This document shows positions 52,072 to 64,000 of a stretch of 64,000 nucleotides of DNA, in pieces. How positions within the stretch are numbered: the stretch's first letter is position 1; the number at the start of each line of letters is the position of its first letter. This DNA comes from Lama glama (lineage: Eukaryota): contig CM052832.1 of the NCBI GenBank assembly GCA_028534125.1, forward strand, positions 9,178,001 through 9,242,000. The letters run 5' to 3'. The translations under genes and the position numbers were made by a program. The notes under the pieces are model-generated. The model ran no database searches. It was given only the letters and a program-made list of their open reading frames with translations, and had not been told where the DNA came from.

Positions 52072-52560
52072 TGTGGTAGAATGATTCAGTTTTATGGCCC
52101 TTATTAATGGTTTTCCTGTATTCTCTTCCTTTGCAATGTGACTCTGCAGGTCTTTGAGTGGAATATTTTCCCGTCCTTTGAATCTGGGCTGGCCTTGTGA
52201 CTTGCTTTAGATAACAGAATGTGGTGGAAGTGACAGTACACGAGTGCCATACATAGATCCCTAAATGTGGTCTTGCACAGTTCCACCCTCGTCTGGACCT
52301 TTGCCTTCTCTATGAGAACACATTTGGGCTAGACTGCTGAAGGATTAGAGAGCACAGGAAGGGAAACAGGTACACAGATTAACAGCCAGCCAGCTCCTGG
52401 AAACAGAGCCACCTAGCTGACCTGTGGGCACCTGCAGGCGCTTGAGGGAGTCCCAGGAGACCAGCAAAACAGGCCTAAATTGCTGACCTGCAGAATTGTG
52501 ACCTAAGTGATTGTGGTTTTAAGCCACTGAATTTTTAAGGCATTGAATTTCTGCATGGTT
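52072..52560 (+). mobile_element. MaLR (MLT1F-like) LTR
   Basis: tttgaatctgggctggccttgtgacttgcttt...ttttaagccactgaattt signature. Confidence 0.72.
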
Positions 52561-52667
52561 TTACATGTAGAAACAGTTAATCATTTCAGTCACGTAGATT
52601 AGTAGCAGTGCTGGCATTTGAACTCAGTTCTTTCCTGAGTTCCAAGGTCTCCAATGCTCATATTCTT

Positions 52668-52822
52668 TTTTTATTTTATTATTTTGGGGGGGGTAGAAGG
52701 AGGTAATTTGTTTGTTTGTTTGTTTATGTATTTATTTGTTTATTTAATAGAGGTACTGGGGATTGAACCCAGGGCCTTGTGCATGCAAAGCACATGCTCT
52801 ACCACTGAGTTATAGCCTCCCC
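52668..52822 (-). mobile_element. tRNA-derived SINE (Vic-1-like)
   Basis: Full head and tail; TSD tctccaa..ctcatattcttt. Confidence 0.88.
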
Positions 52823-54035
52823 TCTCCAAGTCTCATATTCTTTCCATGCCATGTTTTCCCCCCTGGGGACCGACTTCTAGGGAAATTAATTTATTATTAT
52901 TATTCTTTAATAATAAAAGTGACCAATCTTGGGAATAGTGTGCTAAAATCCAGTCTCCCTTTTCCTTGACAGATCCTTAAGTAATTGACTCTTCTTAAAG
53001 GCCATGGGTAAAAAGATTGAGAACTTGTGTTCTTGAATTGTTTCAAAACACTGAACTGAGGTCTTCCTATCTTAGAAGTGTTACACCAACATAGGTCCAT
53101 CTATGGTTAAGTCTGTGGATACACACTCTTGCTTTTCTTGGGGACAAGGTTATCTACTTCCCTGTTTTATACTGAGATAACTGATGGTGATGACAGCCAA
53201 CTGGGTTCATTTAATTAATTCTATATTTTTCCACTTTGTATTAATATTTTAAATTAAAATTTTATTTTTCAATATATAATATTGTCACATGGTTTGCAAT
53301 TCTAAAATTATGAAAGGGAATAGTAATGAAAAGTAAGTCACCCCCCTAACCCCTTCCATTAGCCATTAAGTTCCCCCTCCTGGAGACAACTGCTGTTTCC
53401 ATTTTCTTGTATGTCCTTCTTTTTTAAAAAAGAAAGAAAAGAAATTTTCTTTTAAAAAAAGAAAGAAAAGAAAAAGGAAACAAAAGCAAAGCAATCCCTA
53501 GTCCCTTTCCCCCGATTTCTGCCTTCTCAGAGGCAATCACTTTGAATTATTTTAGCTGCTTCCATATCTCAAAATAGCTTCCTTGTATTGCTTCTTGATT
53601 TTTTTTTCCATTTTAGGCAGCACTTACGCACTTCCTGTTATGAAAGATGAGGATTTCAGTCTTTCAGCCCCTGTCTCCTGCCATATTTATATACCCTTTG
53701 TATTCCCCCATCCTCCCGATGTAGTTATATTGTAATTTAGGCACACTTTCAGACTTTACGTTATTATACTGTAAAAGTCATTTATAGTTGAGCCATATAG
53801 TAAATCACGATGGCTTTTCTTTTCCTGAAGAACATTTTAATTTCCATGGAGTAATAATTGTCTTTTTTTTCATTTTCATAGTTTTCTCTGAACTCACCAG
53901 AATGTTCATCCCCACAGTTCTCCACCAATTGTCTAAATCTCTCATTATACTGAGACACATCCAGTGTCTACAAATTTTATCTTGTAGAAATCTCTCCTGG
54001 AGTATTCTGACCTACTCTTTGTTAGCCTGGAGCCA

Positions 54036-54640
54036 GCAGCGCATTTCCTGTGAAGTTAATGAGGCTTAAGCTTCAGGAGCCCTCATTTGCCTTAGCATTG
54101 TGTCCACATGATCATGAGTTCTGTAAAATTTGCAAAGTAAGATATTTTAACTGTGATTGGTTAAATACCTTGTCTCTTTCCCATCCAACTTTCCTTCTGT
54201 CACACTGTCTCTCAAATTGCAGTTTTAGGATCCAGCTAAGAGTAGGTAACTTAGAGATCCATTCAGTTTGGATTTAATTAGATTTATTTATGTAGTTTGC
54301 AGTCACATCTGTAAAAAGTCATCTCAGTAGGAATTGCTATCGGAATATTCCTACCTTCTACTGTGCTAACTCACCCTGGTTTGTAACATGAAGGTGCAGG
54401 GTCAGAGGTTACAAGATATGAAAGTGTGCTATGGTGCCTGGCAGCGGACGTAGGTGAGTAGGGGCAGAGAAACAAGGTCTGATTGTCAAAAGCCAGAAGT
54501 TAGTCTGTGGAAAAGTTTTTTTCATTCATCAGATATAGGAAATTGTAAGTGATGAATTCAGTTCCCAGCAATTTAGTTTTCTCCTATCAGGAATATACTG
54601 GATAATGCAACACATACAAATATAAATGTACATAGCTTTT
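54036..54640 (+). mobile_element. Zaphod/MER115-like hAT-Tip100 relic
   Basis: Starts cagcgcatttcctgtgaagttaatgaggcttaagcttcagg; recalled family similarity. Confidence 0.6.
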
Positions 54641-54837
54641 TGTTTTGTTTTAATTTTTAATTTTAATATTTTTATTGAAATGTAATCAATTTACATTATT
54701 GTGTTAATTATAGTTTTTCTTTTTAGTAGGAAACATAAATAGAATATATGAGAATTCTGCTTAATCCTGTAGCTGTATTAAAAACAGTACTATGTATATG
54801 TAAAAATTGCTTATTCTTATTTCTGATTCTCTACTTC

Positions 54838-54984
54838 TTTTTATTTTGCTTATTTTTTGGTTTTTGTTTTGGGGGGTAATTAGGTTTATTTATTTACGTG
54901 TTTATTTTGATGGAGGTACTGGGGATTCAACCCAGGACCTCTAGCATGCTAAGCATGTGCTCAACCCTGAGCTGTGCCCTCCCC
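54838..54984 (-). mobile_element. tRNA-derived SINE (Vic-1-like)
   Basis: Full head and aacctaattacccccc tail; tgattct flanks. Confidence 0.86.
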
Positions 54985-54999
54985 TGATTCTTTATTTCT

Positions 55000-55800
55000 G
55001 ATCAGCTTTCTGTCTGGAAATCTAAAGGATCTTGTTTTTATCCTTAGAGTTTTGAAAATGATGTGACTCGATGTGGGTCAATTTCCATTCATTGATGCTG
55101 AGCACTAAGTGGGCCCTTTCAGTATGAAAACTCATGCCCTTAAGGCCTGGGAAATTTTAAAGAATTTGTTTTTTTAAAAATAATGTTCTTTCCTATTTTT
55201 CCTTCTGCCTGGAATTCCAGGGCTAGTCTTCTATTTCTCGTATCTTTTCTCTGTTATTTCCATTTCTTTGCCTCTTTGATTTTCTTTCTGGGAGATTTCC
55301 TGAACTTTCTCTTCAGTCCTTTTAATGAATTTTTCACTTCTCCTTTCTATTTTTAATTTTAAGGAATTCAGTTTTATTCACTGACTCCTTTAAACAACAC
55401 TTGGTACTTATTTTATGGTTTCAATAGCGTGTCTCTTAGGATAACAATTATAGGTGTGGTTTTTGGTTTTGTTTTGTTGTTGCTGGAAGAAGAGTTTTCT
55501 TCCCTCCTGTATAGCTTCTGTTTTATCCAGGTTCCTTCTTTTCTGTTAGTTTTGGTCTCTGTTTCGCATATTAGAGGCTGTAATCTGTGGTTGTTGGGTC
55601 ATTTTTAAGAATGGGAGACTAAAAATCTGACGAGATGCTCTGAAAGCATGGGTAGGACCTATCAATTGTGAAATTTGCTGTAGGGTGATCTGTCTGGGAT
55701 GTTTTGCTGGGAAACCTCTGATGTCAGTATATTTAGGTCTTTCCTCTTAGTCTAGTCAGAGTTTTCATAGAAGACACTTAGTCTCTTGCCTAGGTGATAA
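55000..55800 (-). mobile_element. HAL1/L1 ORF1-like fragment
   Basis: T-rich; related to 61130-61910. Confidence 0.55.
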
Positions 55801-58329
55801 ATGGTCCTATCTTATCCCACTGTCAGTGGAGTAATTCAGTATGGCACCCACTGTCAGAACCTGCAGGAACAGAATTTCCAGCCTCCCAAGTTGAGTCAGT
55901 TAAACAAACTCATTGTAGACTAGAAGAACACATTGTAGATGTGTTCACTTTTTACTGCTAAAAGGGCACTACCATCTTGTAAAAAAATTATACCCAGTGA
56001 TCTAGGGTCTACATACACCAATTACTATTGGCATTTGTTTCAGTCCATTACTTATTGTTGCCAATGGCTACAGCAGTTGACTCCTTCCATTGCTGAGCTT
56101 ATACCTATACAATCTTCTATCTGCAAAGACCGGATAATTGAGTATAAAAATTAATTAGAGTAAGTGGCTGTTCTCTATTACACATCCCTCTCTGGTTCGG
56201 GAGGTTCTTATGTGTTCAGTTTGTCCACAATTGGTGCATGAGGAGCCACTTCATACTGTAGGTTATGCTGCTTCCCAACAGAGAGGATAATCCTGCATAG
56301 TCAAGGGCTGGTCTTTGACCAGCAGGAGCCCTCGTGAAAAGAAACAAGATCAGAGGAATTACGCTAGAAAAGGAAAATTCAATCAAACACTCTTCATATG
56401 ACTTGGGGCCTCCCTCCTTCTCACCTTCATGATTTGATTGCCAGATAGTAAGTTCATAATTTACCTACCATTTGGTTAAAAGAGGTTTTCACTCTTACTT
56501 TAATATTTCTGGTGAATTGTGAAATCGTAAGTTCCCTGTCCCAGATTACTCAGTGAATTATCATCAGACTGGTCGCCCACATTGTGTAAAACCCAAAAAG
56601 CAGAGGGAAATTTCATTTTAGACTCATATGTTTAGTTGTTATTTTTCCCACCTCATAGTTGTTTTCCCACTCTTTGCCCCAGTCCTTCACTTGTGCTTTA
56701 TCAAAGCTAAGTTTAAAACTCCTTATTTGTACTTATCAGGTCCCTTCATTGGTGGCATCACCAGATATTCAGAATCAGGAATGTCCTATTTCTGCACAAC
56801 TTTCTAAGTAAGCTCCCTGAGAATTAATTCCATAATGGCCTTTATAACATAATTAAGCATTAATTGTTTGGCCTTTTGGCCTTGATGGGCTGGACAGCAA
56901 GGAAAATAATCTACCTTTCAGCAGTGGTCAGGGTGTTATCTCCAGGCACAGAAGTAAGGCCAACCTCATAGGGCTGTTGAAAATAACACGTTGGTTGTTA
57001 AATATTTTGGACCCTTGCCCTTGTCAAGACAGCACTCGTCCCTCTGTGATCACTCTGTTCTTATGTCCACTTGCCTGCCTCCCTCATCTTGTCAGAACAA
57101 GATGCTTTGTTCCAGCAGGATTCCTTACCAGGGATTTAGTGGCAGCCACAAGAGGAATTAAGAGTTTAATTTTGTCAGGATTGCTCGTCAGTTGAATCAG
57201 GCAGCCAAGCCAAGGGTCTAAACATTATTCACACTCCAGGAAATTTGAATATATGAGAGAATGTTCTGTTTTATCTCTAGAGCCCAGGATCATGTCATGG
57301 GACTGCCTTTAGTCTTGCACTGGGATGAGACCCCTCATTTTCCTCTCGAAACAGCCCCTCAGATTAGGTGTGGGATGAGTGCTACTCAGGGCGGTTTTAG
57401 AAGTGAGGGTGGCAGAGTCTTCCACACCCAGCAGCGGCTCTAGGAAGACAGTGCTTCCTTGACGTTGATGCTGGGTGTCTGCAGGGGGCACTCTTGCCCA
57501 GGCCTGGCCTCTGCAGCGCCGGGAGGAGGGCTGAACATTGGTGGAGCTGGGCTTTCTTATCCCTGGGGTTCCTCTTCTTTAACAATGGAGCTTGCGTTTG
57601 TTTGAACATGACCGGTTCCCGTTGCACAGCTTGGGGCGCAGAAATACTTGATGTCCATTTGTTGTTTTGGATTCAACAAGCAGCGGGTAACTGACATTCA
57701 AAGGGAGCACTGGGTTCAGCATCCGCAGGACAGGAAGTCTGAGGCCAATTCCTTCCTCTCCCGCAGGAATCCCAGAGTCTCCAGCCTCCATCCACCAAGA
57801 AGACACACCTTCTGTTATGATCGGTGCTAGGGACCCAGAGGAAAGGCAGCATGTCAGCTCTCTGTAAGGTTTCCGAGTCAGTGTGTGGTTCAGACCCTAT
57901 ACGGATGCTGATACAATACCACAATGCCCAAGTGTGGGGCTGCTGTCTCCAAGCTCAACATGCCCATTAAAATCTATGCCTGCTTTTCAGTGGCAGGGGG
58001 CTTGAAGAGCAAAAGTCTCTGCCTGGTCCAGGGTGGGTTCCCCTACATCCAGACATAGAGTCAAACTGTATCTTTAGGGGCCCCTGAATTTTCTCCTGGT
58101 TGGTATCACATCCCTTTTCAGTTGAAAAATCAAGGAAAGACAGAGCTTCAGGGGCACAGTGGTTTCTGAATCTTCCCTATGTCATAATTTAATCGAGTAA
58201 CTTTAATATATGAATAGTCACCTGTTTTATCTGGCTTTATCAGATATGGCACCTTGCTGGGGAACTGATATTTCATAGTGGCAGGACCAAGGGAATAACT
58301 CACCTTGCCAAATGAAGGCTCACTATAAG

Positions 58330-58499
58330 TAGGTTTTCAGATTTAGCAAATAAAAATACAGAACACCCAGTTCAATTTAAATTTCAGAGAAACAACAAAT
58401 AATTTTTTTGGTATAAATATATCTCAAATGTAAAGGTCAATTTTTTTTTCCTGGAATTTAGATGTAAGTGGGTGTTGTGTATTTTATCTAGCAACCCTA
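58330..58499. mobile_element. MER53-like MITE
   Basis: Long imperfect TIRs: tagg...aataaaaatacagaacaccca / gggtgttgtgtattttatctagcaacccta. Confidence 0.72.
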
Positions 58500-58619
58500 A
58501 CTGTAGAAAGAAGTTCAAACAATCTAAAAGAACTTAGACTCTCACTCACTGGGCAGAGATAACCAGCATTAAGGGTTTTGCCTATGTCTTTCCATAAACT
58601 ATTCATGAATATACTATCC

Positions 58620-58790
58620 ATGTGCCCAAATCTTGGCTCCTCCAGTTGCTAACTGGGTGACCTTGGAAGGGTTATCCAATTTCTCTGGATCTTAGTTTCC
58701 TTATCTGTAAAATGGGGAGAATTAACAGTAATATCTACCTCATAGACTGTTGAGGGGGGTTAAATGAGTCTGGCACACAGAAGGCACTGA
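58620..58790 (+). mobile_element. MIR
   Basis: Core gtgaccttgg...agtttccttatctgtaaaatgggga. Confidence 0.75.
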
Positions 58791-59191
58791 ATGATTATCT
58801 GTTGTCAATTATGATCATTATTAATCATTAATATCATATATCATGTCGTCAAAATTCAAATGGAGACATGCTGTATGAATTGTTCTAGACCTTGCTTTTG
58901 TTCACTTTTTGTGTCTTGCATATTCTTTTTCAGAGATGCACAGAATTCCTTTTAAAAGATTAGTTTCTACTGGTGGTCATTTAGGGTACTTTCAACACTT
59001 TCCTATCTGATTACTGCTTCAGTGAACATCTTTGTGCTGCAAGGATTGTCCAAAAGTAGTCTAGACAATGAGCCAGTCAGAAATTGGAGCTTCCCTCCAC
59101 CTACTTCTCCCAGTGGGCAGGGTTGCAACTGAACCCCCTTATCCAGGTGTTGGCAGCTGGCTTTCCCAGAGAACACAGTAAACAATGGCAA

Positions 59192-59815
59192 AAGGGCTGA
59201 GGCTAGGGTACTTAGATGCAAAATTAAGAGGGCATGCAAATCTCAGTAATCAAGGAAAGTAATATTTGATGCAGTATTTTAAAAAATTAATGTTAATTGC
59301 CAAAAAAAACATGATGAGCAAAATATCAAAATTTTAAATGAAGATAGGACCAGTAATTGTGCAATGCCAAGTCCTAGTGGATTAGACATTAATTTTATTT
59401 TAAAATATTTAATTAAAATATAATTTGAAGTAAACAACAAGTTTATACTGTATAGCACAAGGAACTATACTCAATATCATATAGTAACCTATAATGAAAA
59501 AGAATATGAAAAAGAACATATGTATGTATATGTATGACTGAAACATTATGTATACCAGAAATTGATACAACATTGTAAACTGACTATACTTCAATAAAAG
59601 ATTGTAAAAAAATTTTTTAATAAATAAAAATTAATTTCAAAAATTAAAAAAAGATTAAGGTTTAAAATCTGTGTCAAAAATATAGCTCCTATTGAATAAA
59701 ATAACTACTTTGACATGAAAAAAATATAATTTGATTACTGAGTCTGTTGGTGCCGTCATAAATTTTGCATCACAGATGAGTGCCTCATGTGCCTCACCCT
59801 ATATCTAAACTCTGG
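59192..59815. mobile_element. MER96B-like hAT relic split by the L1 insertion
   Basis: Ends agggctgaggctaggg ... cctcacccta; recalled family similarity. Confidence 0.55.
59429..59720 (+). mobile_element. Young 5'-truncated L1 with probable 3' transduction
   Basis: Exact 14-bp TSD aaaatataatttga; two AATAAA signals. Confidence 0.8.
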
Positions 59816-60679
59816 CTGGCACCATATCCAGGTGGTACATTGTCCAAGCTTGTGCTTTATTGTTAAGGTGATTCTCATGCTTGCCTCAAAAGAAAGGAGC
59901 CCCTCAGGGCATGAAGGTCCCTCCTGTGGAACACAGACCCACACTGAATATACAGCAGTCTGCCTGGTCCTAGCACATCTTATGTGTTTATAAAGGAGTA
60001 TGTTCTTCTGTAAATAAATTCCCTAGTCCCATTTGTCAAGTGGATTGTTGGTCTTTATTGATTTGTTAATACTCTTTATATATTAAGGAAAATGATTCTC
60101 TGGCTGTTATATGTATTGCAATGATTATCCCTGATATTTTTGTTTGTCCTTTGACTTTTTAATGCTTTTTTCCCCTGAAGAAGTGTTTTACATTTTTATG
60201 TAATCAAAGTTGTTAATATTTTCCTTTATTCTACTGGATTTTGTATTTTATTAAAAAGTTGTTTTCTCACAATGTTCAGAAGCTGACTATCTATGTTTTC
60301 ATCTAGTGCCTTTTATAGCTCTATTTTGTCTATTTAAAGCCATCTAGGATTTACTTGGGAATAGAGTAAGAAAAACATCTACCTTTTTTGCCCAAAATGA
60401 CTAGTGAACACGATTTATTGAAGTGCCACCCATATCACATTTTAAATCCTCATTTGTACATGGAACTTTTCCTGAACTCTTTAATCTGTTATAGTTGTTT
60501 GTGTATTTTTGAACCAGCACCAAATTATTTCAAATATGGGAGATTTGTAATGTGGCTTAGTATTCAATATTTGTCTTCCCTGGAGTTAATAACTGCCACT
60601 TCCTCCCCCCACCACATCTGTTTAGTTGTTCTTCTTAATGTCTTTATCATTAACTCACTTCAGATTATTTTCCAATTTA

Positions 60680-62300
60680 TAAATGTCTTCTCAAGATTGA
60701 CTATGTTATCAGTTTTATCTTCCTGAAAAAAAAAACCTGGACTTGTTGCCTGTAAGCCTGATGCATATTTGTCTTTCTTTGTCATTTGTCCTGGGGATTC
60801 CCTCGGCCTTTCTCCTGTGATACAGCCCCAGTTTTTGGATATTAGATCTTCTTTTTCTTGGTTTACTATCATGTTTTGGTAAAGCATATCCTTCAATAGC
60901 TTCACAAGGAAGGGTGCTTTGGAGGTCAATTTTTTAACATCTAAAAAATGTCTGTTTTACTCCCATGCTTGAGTAATGGTATTGCTAGGCACGGTAATCT
61001 AGATGGAAAACCACTCTACTTCAGAATTTTGAAGACATTATTCTGTTGCTTTCTAGCTTCCTCTTGGAGAAATTAGAAGCCATTTTTACCCCTGATCTTT
61101 TATGTGGGTCTTTTGTTTTCCTCTCTAGAAATTCGGAGGAATTTTTCTCTTTGTTCCCTTTGCTCTGAAATGTCACAATGATATGCCTTACTACAGGTCT
61201 GTTTTAATTCTTCGTGCTGAATCATATTAATTTGGAAACTCACGGTCTCCAGTTCTAGGAAAATTTCTTGAATTATTTCTATAACTATTCCCTCTCTTTT
61301 ATGTTCACTGTTTACTCTTTCTGGAGTGCGTATTGTTTTGGTATTAGACCTCCTGGACCAGGCTTCTAATTTTCTTATCTTTCCTATTTTCCATCTCCTG
61401 GTCTTTGTACTCTGCACTCTGGGAGATTTTCTTAACATCATCTTCCAGACCTTCTGTAGATTAAAAACAAATCTCTGGTATTATGTCTTTAATTTCCAAG
61501 AGCTCTCTCTCACTCTTTTTATCGCTGCATATTTTTTTCTTTATAGCATTCTATTTATTTTATGGGTGCCATATCATAATAGCTTTCCATTTTCCTAAGG
61601 ATATTAGTAACAGTTTTTGTTTGGCTTGGTTTCGTTTTCACCTCCTTGTATAATGGCATAATCCACTTCCTCCAAGTTCCTTTTTCTATTTGCACATTTT
61701 GGTTTCTATGCTGCATGTTAGAAGTTTTCCTCAGATGTCTGGTGATCTTTGGTCATCGGCTCCTATTTAAGCTGATTGGAAGCTTTGACAGTGTAAGGAA
61801 GGATTTGTAGGGTGTTCTGGCTGGCTGGTTTCATGGGAGGAATTCTTGATATATCTTTATGTCTTTCCTTGTGAACTGGTCAGATTCCCTACATTAAGTC
61901 TTCTCCAGTCTTGTGGGATAGTGAAAGGCAGGCAGGAGCAGAGGCGGAAGAGGGCAGAGGTTTCAGCATTCAATACATACACTTAATCCTGTTTTCTGTC
62001 TGGTACCCCTGCCCTCAAGTGTGCCTAATGTCCTCCAGATTCGAACCCCCTTCCCCACACTCACCCAGGTTTTCTGTTTACAGAGATTAAACCTCCAGTC
62101 TTCTGCTGTGGTGGGACAGGTAGTTGGGAGAGTGTTTAGGGCTCTAACTGCCTCTTTAGTATTTCAACCAGTTTTCCTTGTTTTATCCCTCCCTCATCCC
62201 CTAAAGGTAACTAGTTTCACCATGTCCCGAGCCTTTGGAGGATTCTGTAATGCAAATTAGTTTGATTATGTTTCCCATGGCTCCCTTAGAATTCTATTTT
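60680..62300 (-). mobile_element. HAL1/L1 ORF1-like fragment
   Basis: ORF 61100-61441 (LEAWSRRSNTKTIRTPE...IIQEIFLEL) resembles L1 ORF1p. Confidence 0.7.
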
Positions 62301-62612
62301 CTCAGGCCTGAGTCATTTACTTATAGAACAGCTGTTCATTTTTGCACATTTATTTTGCGATTAGACACCGTAGTACATTTTCTTACTCTTAAGTCTTTAA
62401 AGTATACAGTCATAACATCTGCAAAGAATGAAAATTTTCTTTCCGTTAATAATTTTTACACTTTCTATTTCCTTCCCTTCTATAGTTGCATTGACTTACA
62501 CCTTCAGTACAACGTGAAATAGAAGAGGCAACGTGGGCATCTTTGTCTTTTTCTAGATTAACTGGGTGTCTTTTAATATTTCTCCATTAAGTATGACACT
62601 GGTTTTAGTTTG

Positions 62613-63112
62613 NNNNNNNNNNNNNNNNNNNNNNNNNNNNNNNNNNNNNNNNNNNNNNNNNNNNNNNNNNNNNNNNNNNNNNNNNNNNNNNNNNNNNNNN
62701 NNNNNNNNNNNNNNNNNNNNNNNNNNNNNNNNNNNNNNNNNNNNNNNNNNNNNNNNNNNNNNNNNNNNNNNNNNNNNNNNNNNNNNNNNNNNNNNNNNNN
62801 NNNNNNNNNNNNNNNNNNNNNNNNNNNNNNNNNNNNNNNNNNNNNNNNNNNNNNNNNNNNNNNNNNNNNNNNNNNNNNNNNNNNNNNNNNNNNNNNNNNN
62901 NNNNNNNNNNNNNNNNNNNNNNNNNNNNNNNNNNNNNNNNNNNNNNNNNNNNNNNNNNNNNNNNNNNNNNNNNNNNNNNNNNNNNNNNNNNNNNNNNNNN
63001 NNNNNNNNNNNNNNNNNNNNNNNNNNNNNNNNNNNNNNNNNNNNNNNNNNNNNNNNNNNNNNNNNNNNNNNNNNNNNNNNNNNNNNNNNNNNNNNNNNNN
63101 NNNNNNNNNNNN
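62613..63112. other. Assembly gap (500 N) flanked by a 199-bp duplicate
   Basis: 62414-62612 appears identical to 63113-63311. Confidence 0.9.
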
Positions 63113-63349
63113 AACATCTGCAAAGAATGAAAATTTTCTTTCCGTTAATAATTTTTACACTTTCTATTTCCTTCCCTTCTATAGTTGCATTGACTTACAC
63201 CTTCAGTACAACGTGAAATAGAAGAGGCAACGTGGGCATCTTTGTCTTTTTCTAGATTAACTGGGTGTCTTTTAATATTTCTCCATTAAGTATGACACTG
63301 GTTTTAGTTTGTGTTTATTTATTATGTTAAGAAAATATTCCTGATTTCT

Positions 63350-63510
63350 TTTTTTTACATTTCTTTTTATTTATTTACTTATTTATTTGTAGGTTTTGGG
63401 AGGAGATAATTAGATTTCTTTCTTTCTTTCTTTCTTTCTTTCTTTGCTTTTTAGAGGAGTACTAAAGTGTTAAGCATGTACTCTACTACTTTGAGCTATA
63501 CCCTCCCCCG
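63350..63510 (-). mobile_element. tRNA-derived SINE (Vic-1-like, internally deleted)
   Basis: Head lacks the B-box segment; TSD aaatattcct(g/c)atttct. Confidence 0.78.
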
Positions 63511-63556
63511 AAATATTCCTCATTTCTATTAAGAAACTTTTATCAGAAATTAATGT

Positions 63557-63643
63557 TGATTGTGCTCTACACCAGAGATATACACATTATAATTGACTGT
63601 ACTTCAATTTAAAAAATAAAGATTCAGACTGGGGGAAAAAAAA
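63557..63643 (+). mobile_element. Very short L1 3' tail insertion
   Basis: TSD agaaattaatgt (63545-63556 and 63644-63655); resembles the L1 3' end at 59550-59598. Confidence 0.7.
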
Positions 63644-64000
63644 AGAAATTAATGTCAAATCTTTCAGACTTACAACATCTGTATTCACGGCTGAAATTTG
63701 CCTGTAGTTTTCTTTTGGCTGCTGTATTTTTCAGGATTTCGTATCAATGTCATACTGGTTTTGTAAAATGAAGTCTGAAAGCTTGTTCCCTCTCTTATGC
63801 TTTTGAACAGTTTAGCAGCATTGAAACTATCTGGTGAGTAAATTTTTAAAATAACCGTGTTCAGTACCTGGACAGATTGGGTCTCCACCATCCCTTTAGG
63901 TCAGATGAGCCTTTGAAGGGTGATGCCTGCCTCTGAGCAGATGCACCCGGTTAAGCTGTAGTCCTGGCAGGCACTGCAGAGGTAATATTGAATGAAAGAT

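Noticed and set aside
53420..53475. Short duplication of an A/T-rich tract; small (CA)n, (TG)n and (TTTC)n runs elsewhere
   Set aside because: Ordinary slippage in low-complexity sequence.
55880..57300. Possible ancient LTR-retroelement pol remnant
   Set aside because: Only faint motif-like hints and no coherent reading frame; needs an HMM search against Dfam.
1..64000. CRISPR arrays, operons or prokaryote-type systems
   Set aside because: The sequence is clearly mammalian intron/exon DNA and has no regularly spaced repeats.

Overview
Mammalian genomic DNA, most likely a camelid: it has about 11 tRNA-Ala-like Vic-1-type SINEs and no recognisable Alu, B1 or Bov-A. The only protein-coding gene I can support is the 5' part of UBR2, an N-degron-pathway E3 ligase, on the minus strand. 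It starts at a CpG-island promoter (~45.6-46.4 kb, ATG at 45827) and runs off the left edge of the window. Coding exons 1-6 and 8-10 and two tandem 99-nt versions of exon 11 are visible with canonical GT-AG ends; exon 7 is missing and probably lies in the N gap at 11401-11900. The rest is intron or upstream intergenic sequence full of L1, L2, MIR, LTR and hAT relics. Most notable: (1) mutually exclusive exons 11a/11b separated by only 70 nt; (2) a candidate in-frame 6-nt microexon just upstream of them; (3) two separate TSD-flanked insertions sharing one chimeric L1 3' end; (4) an L1 3' transduction; (5) a tailless 5S rRNA retropseudogene; (6) 5 of 10 splice acceptors are AAG. Repeat family names and human protein comparisons are from memory, not from searches; repeat boundaries are approximate unless TSDs are given.
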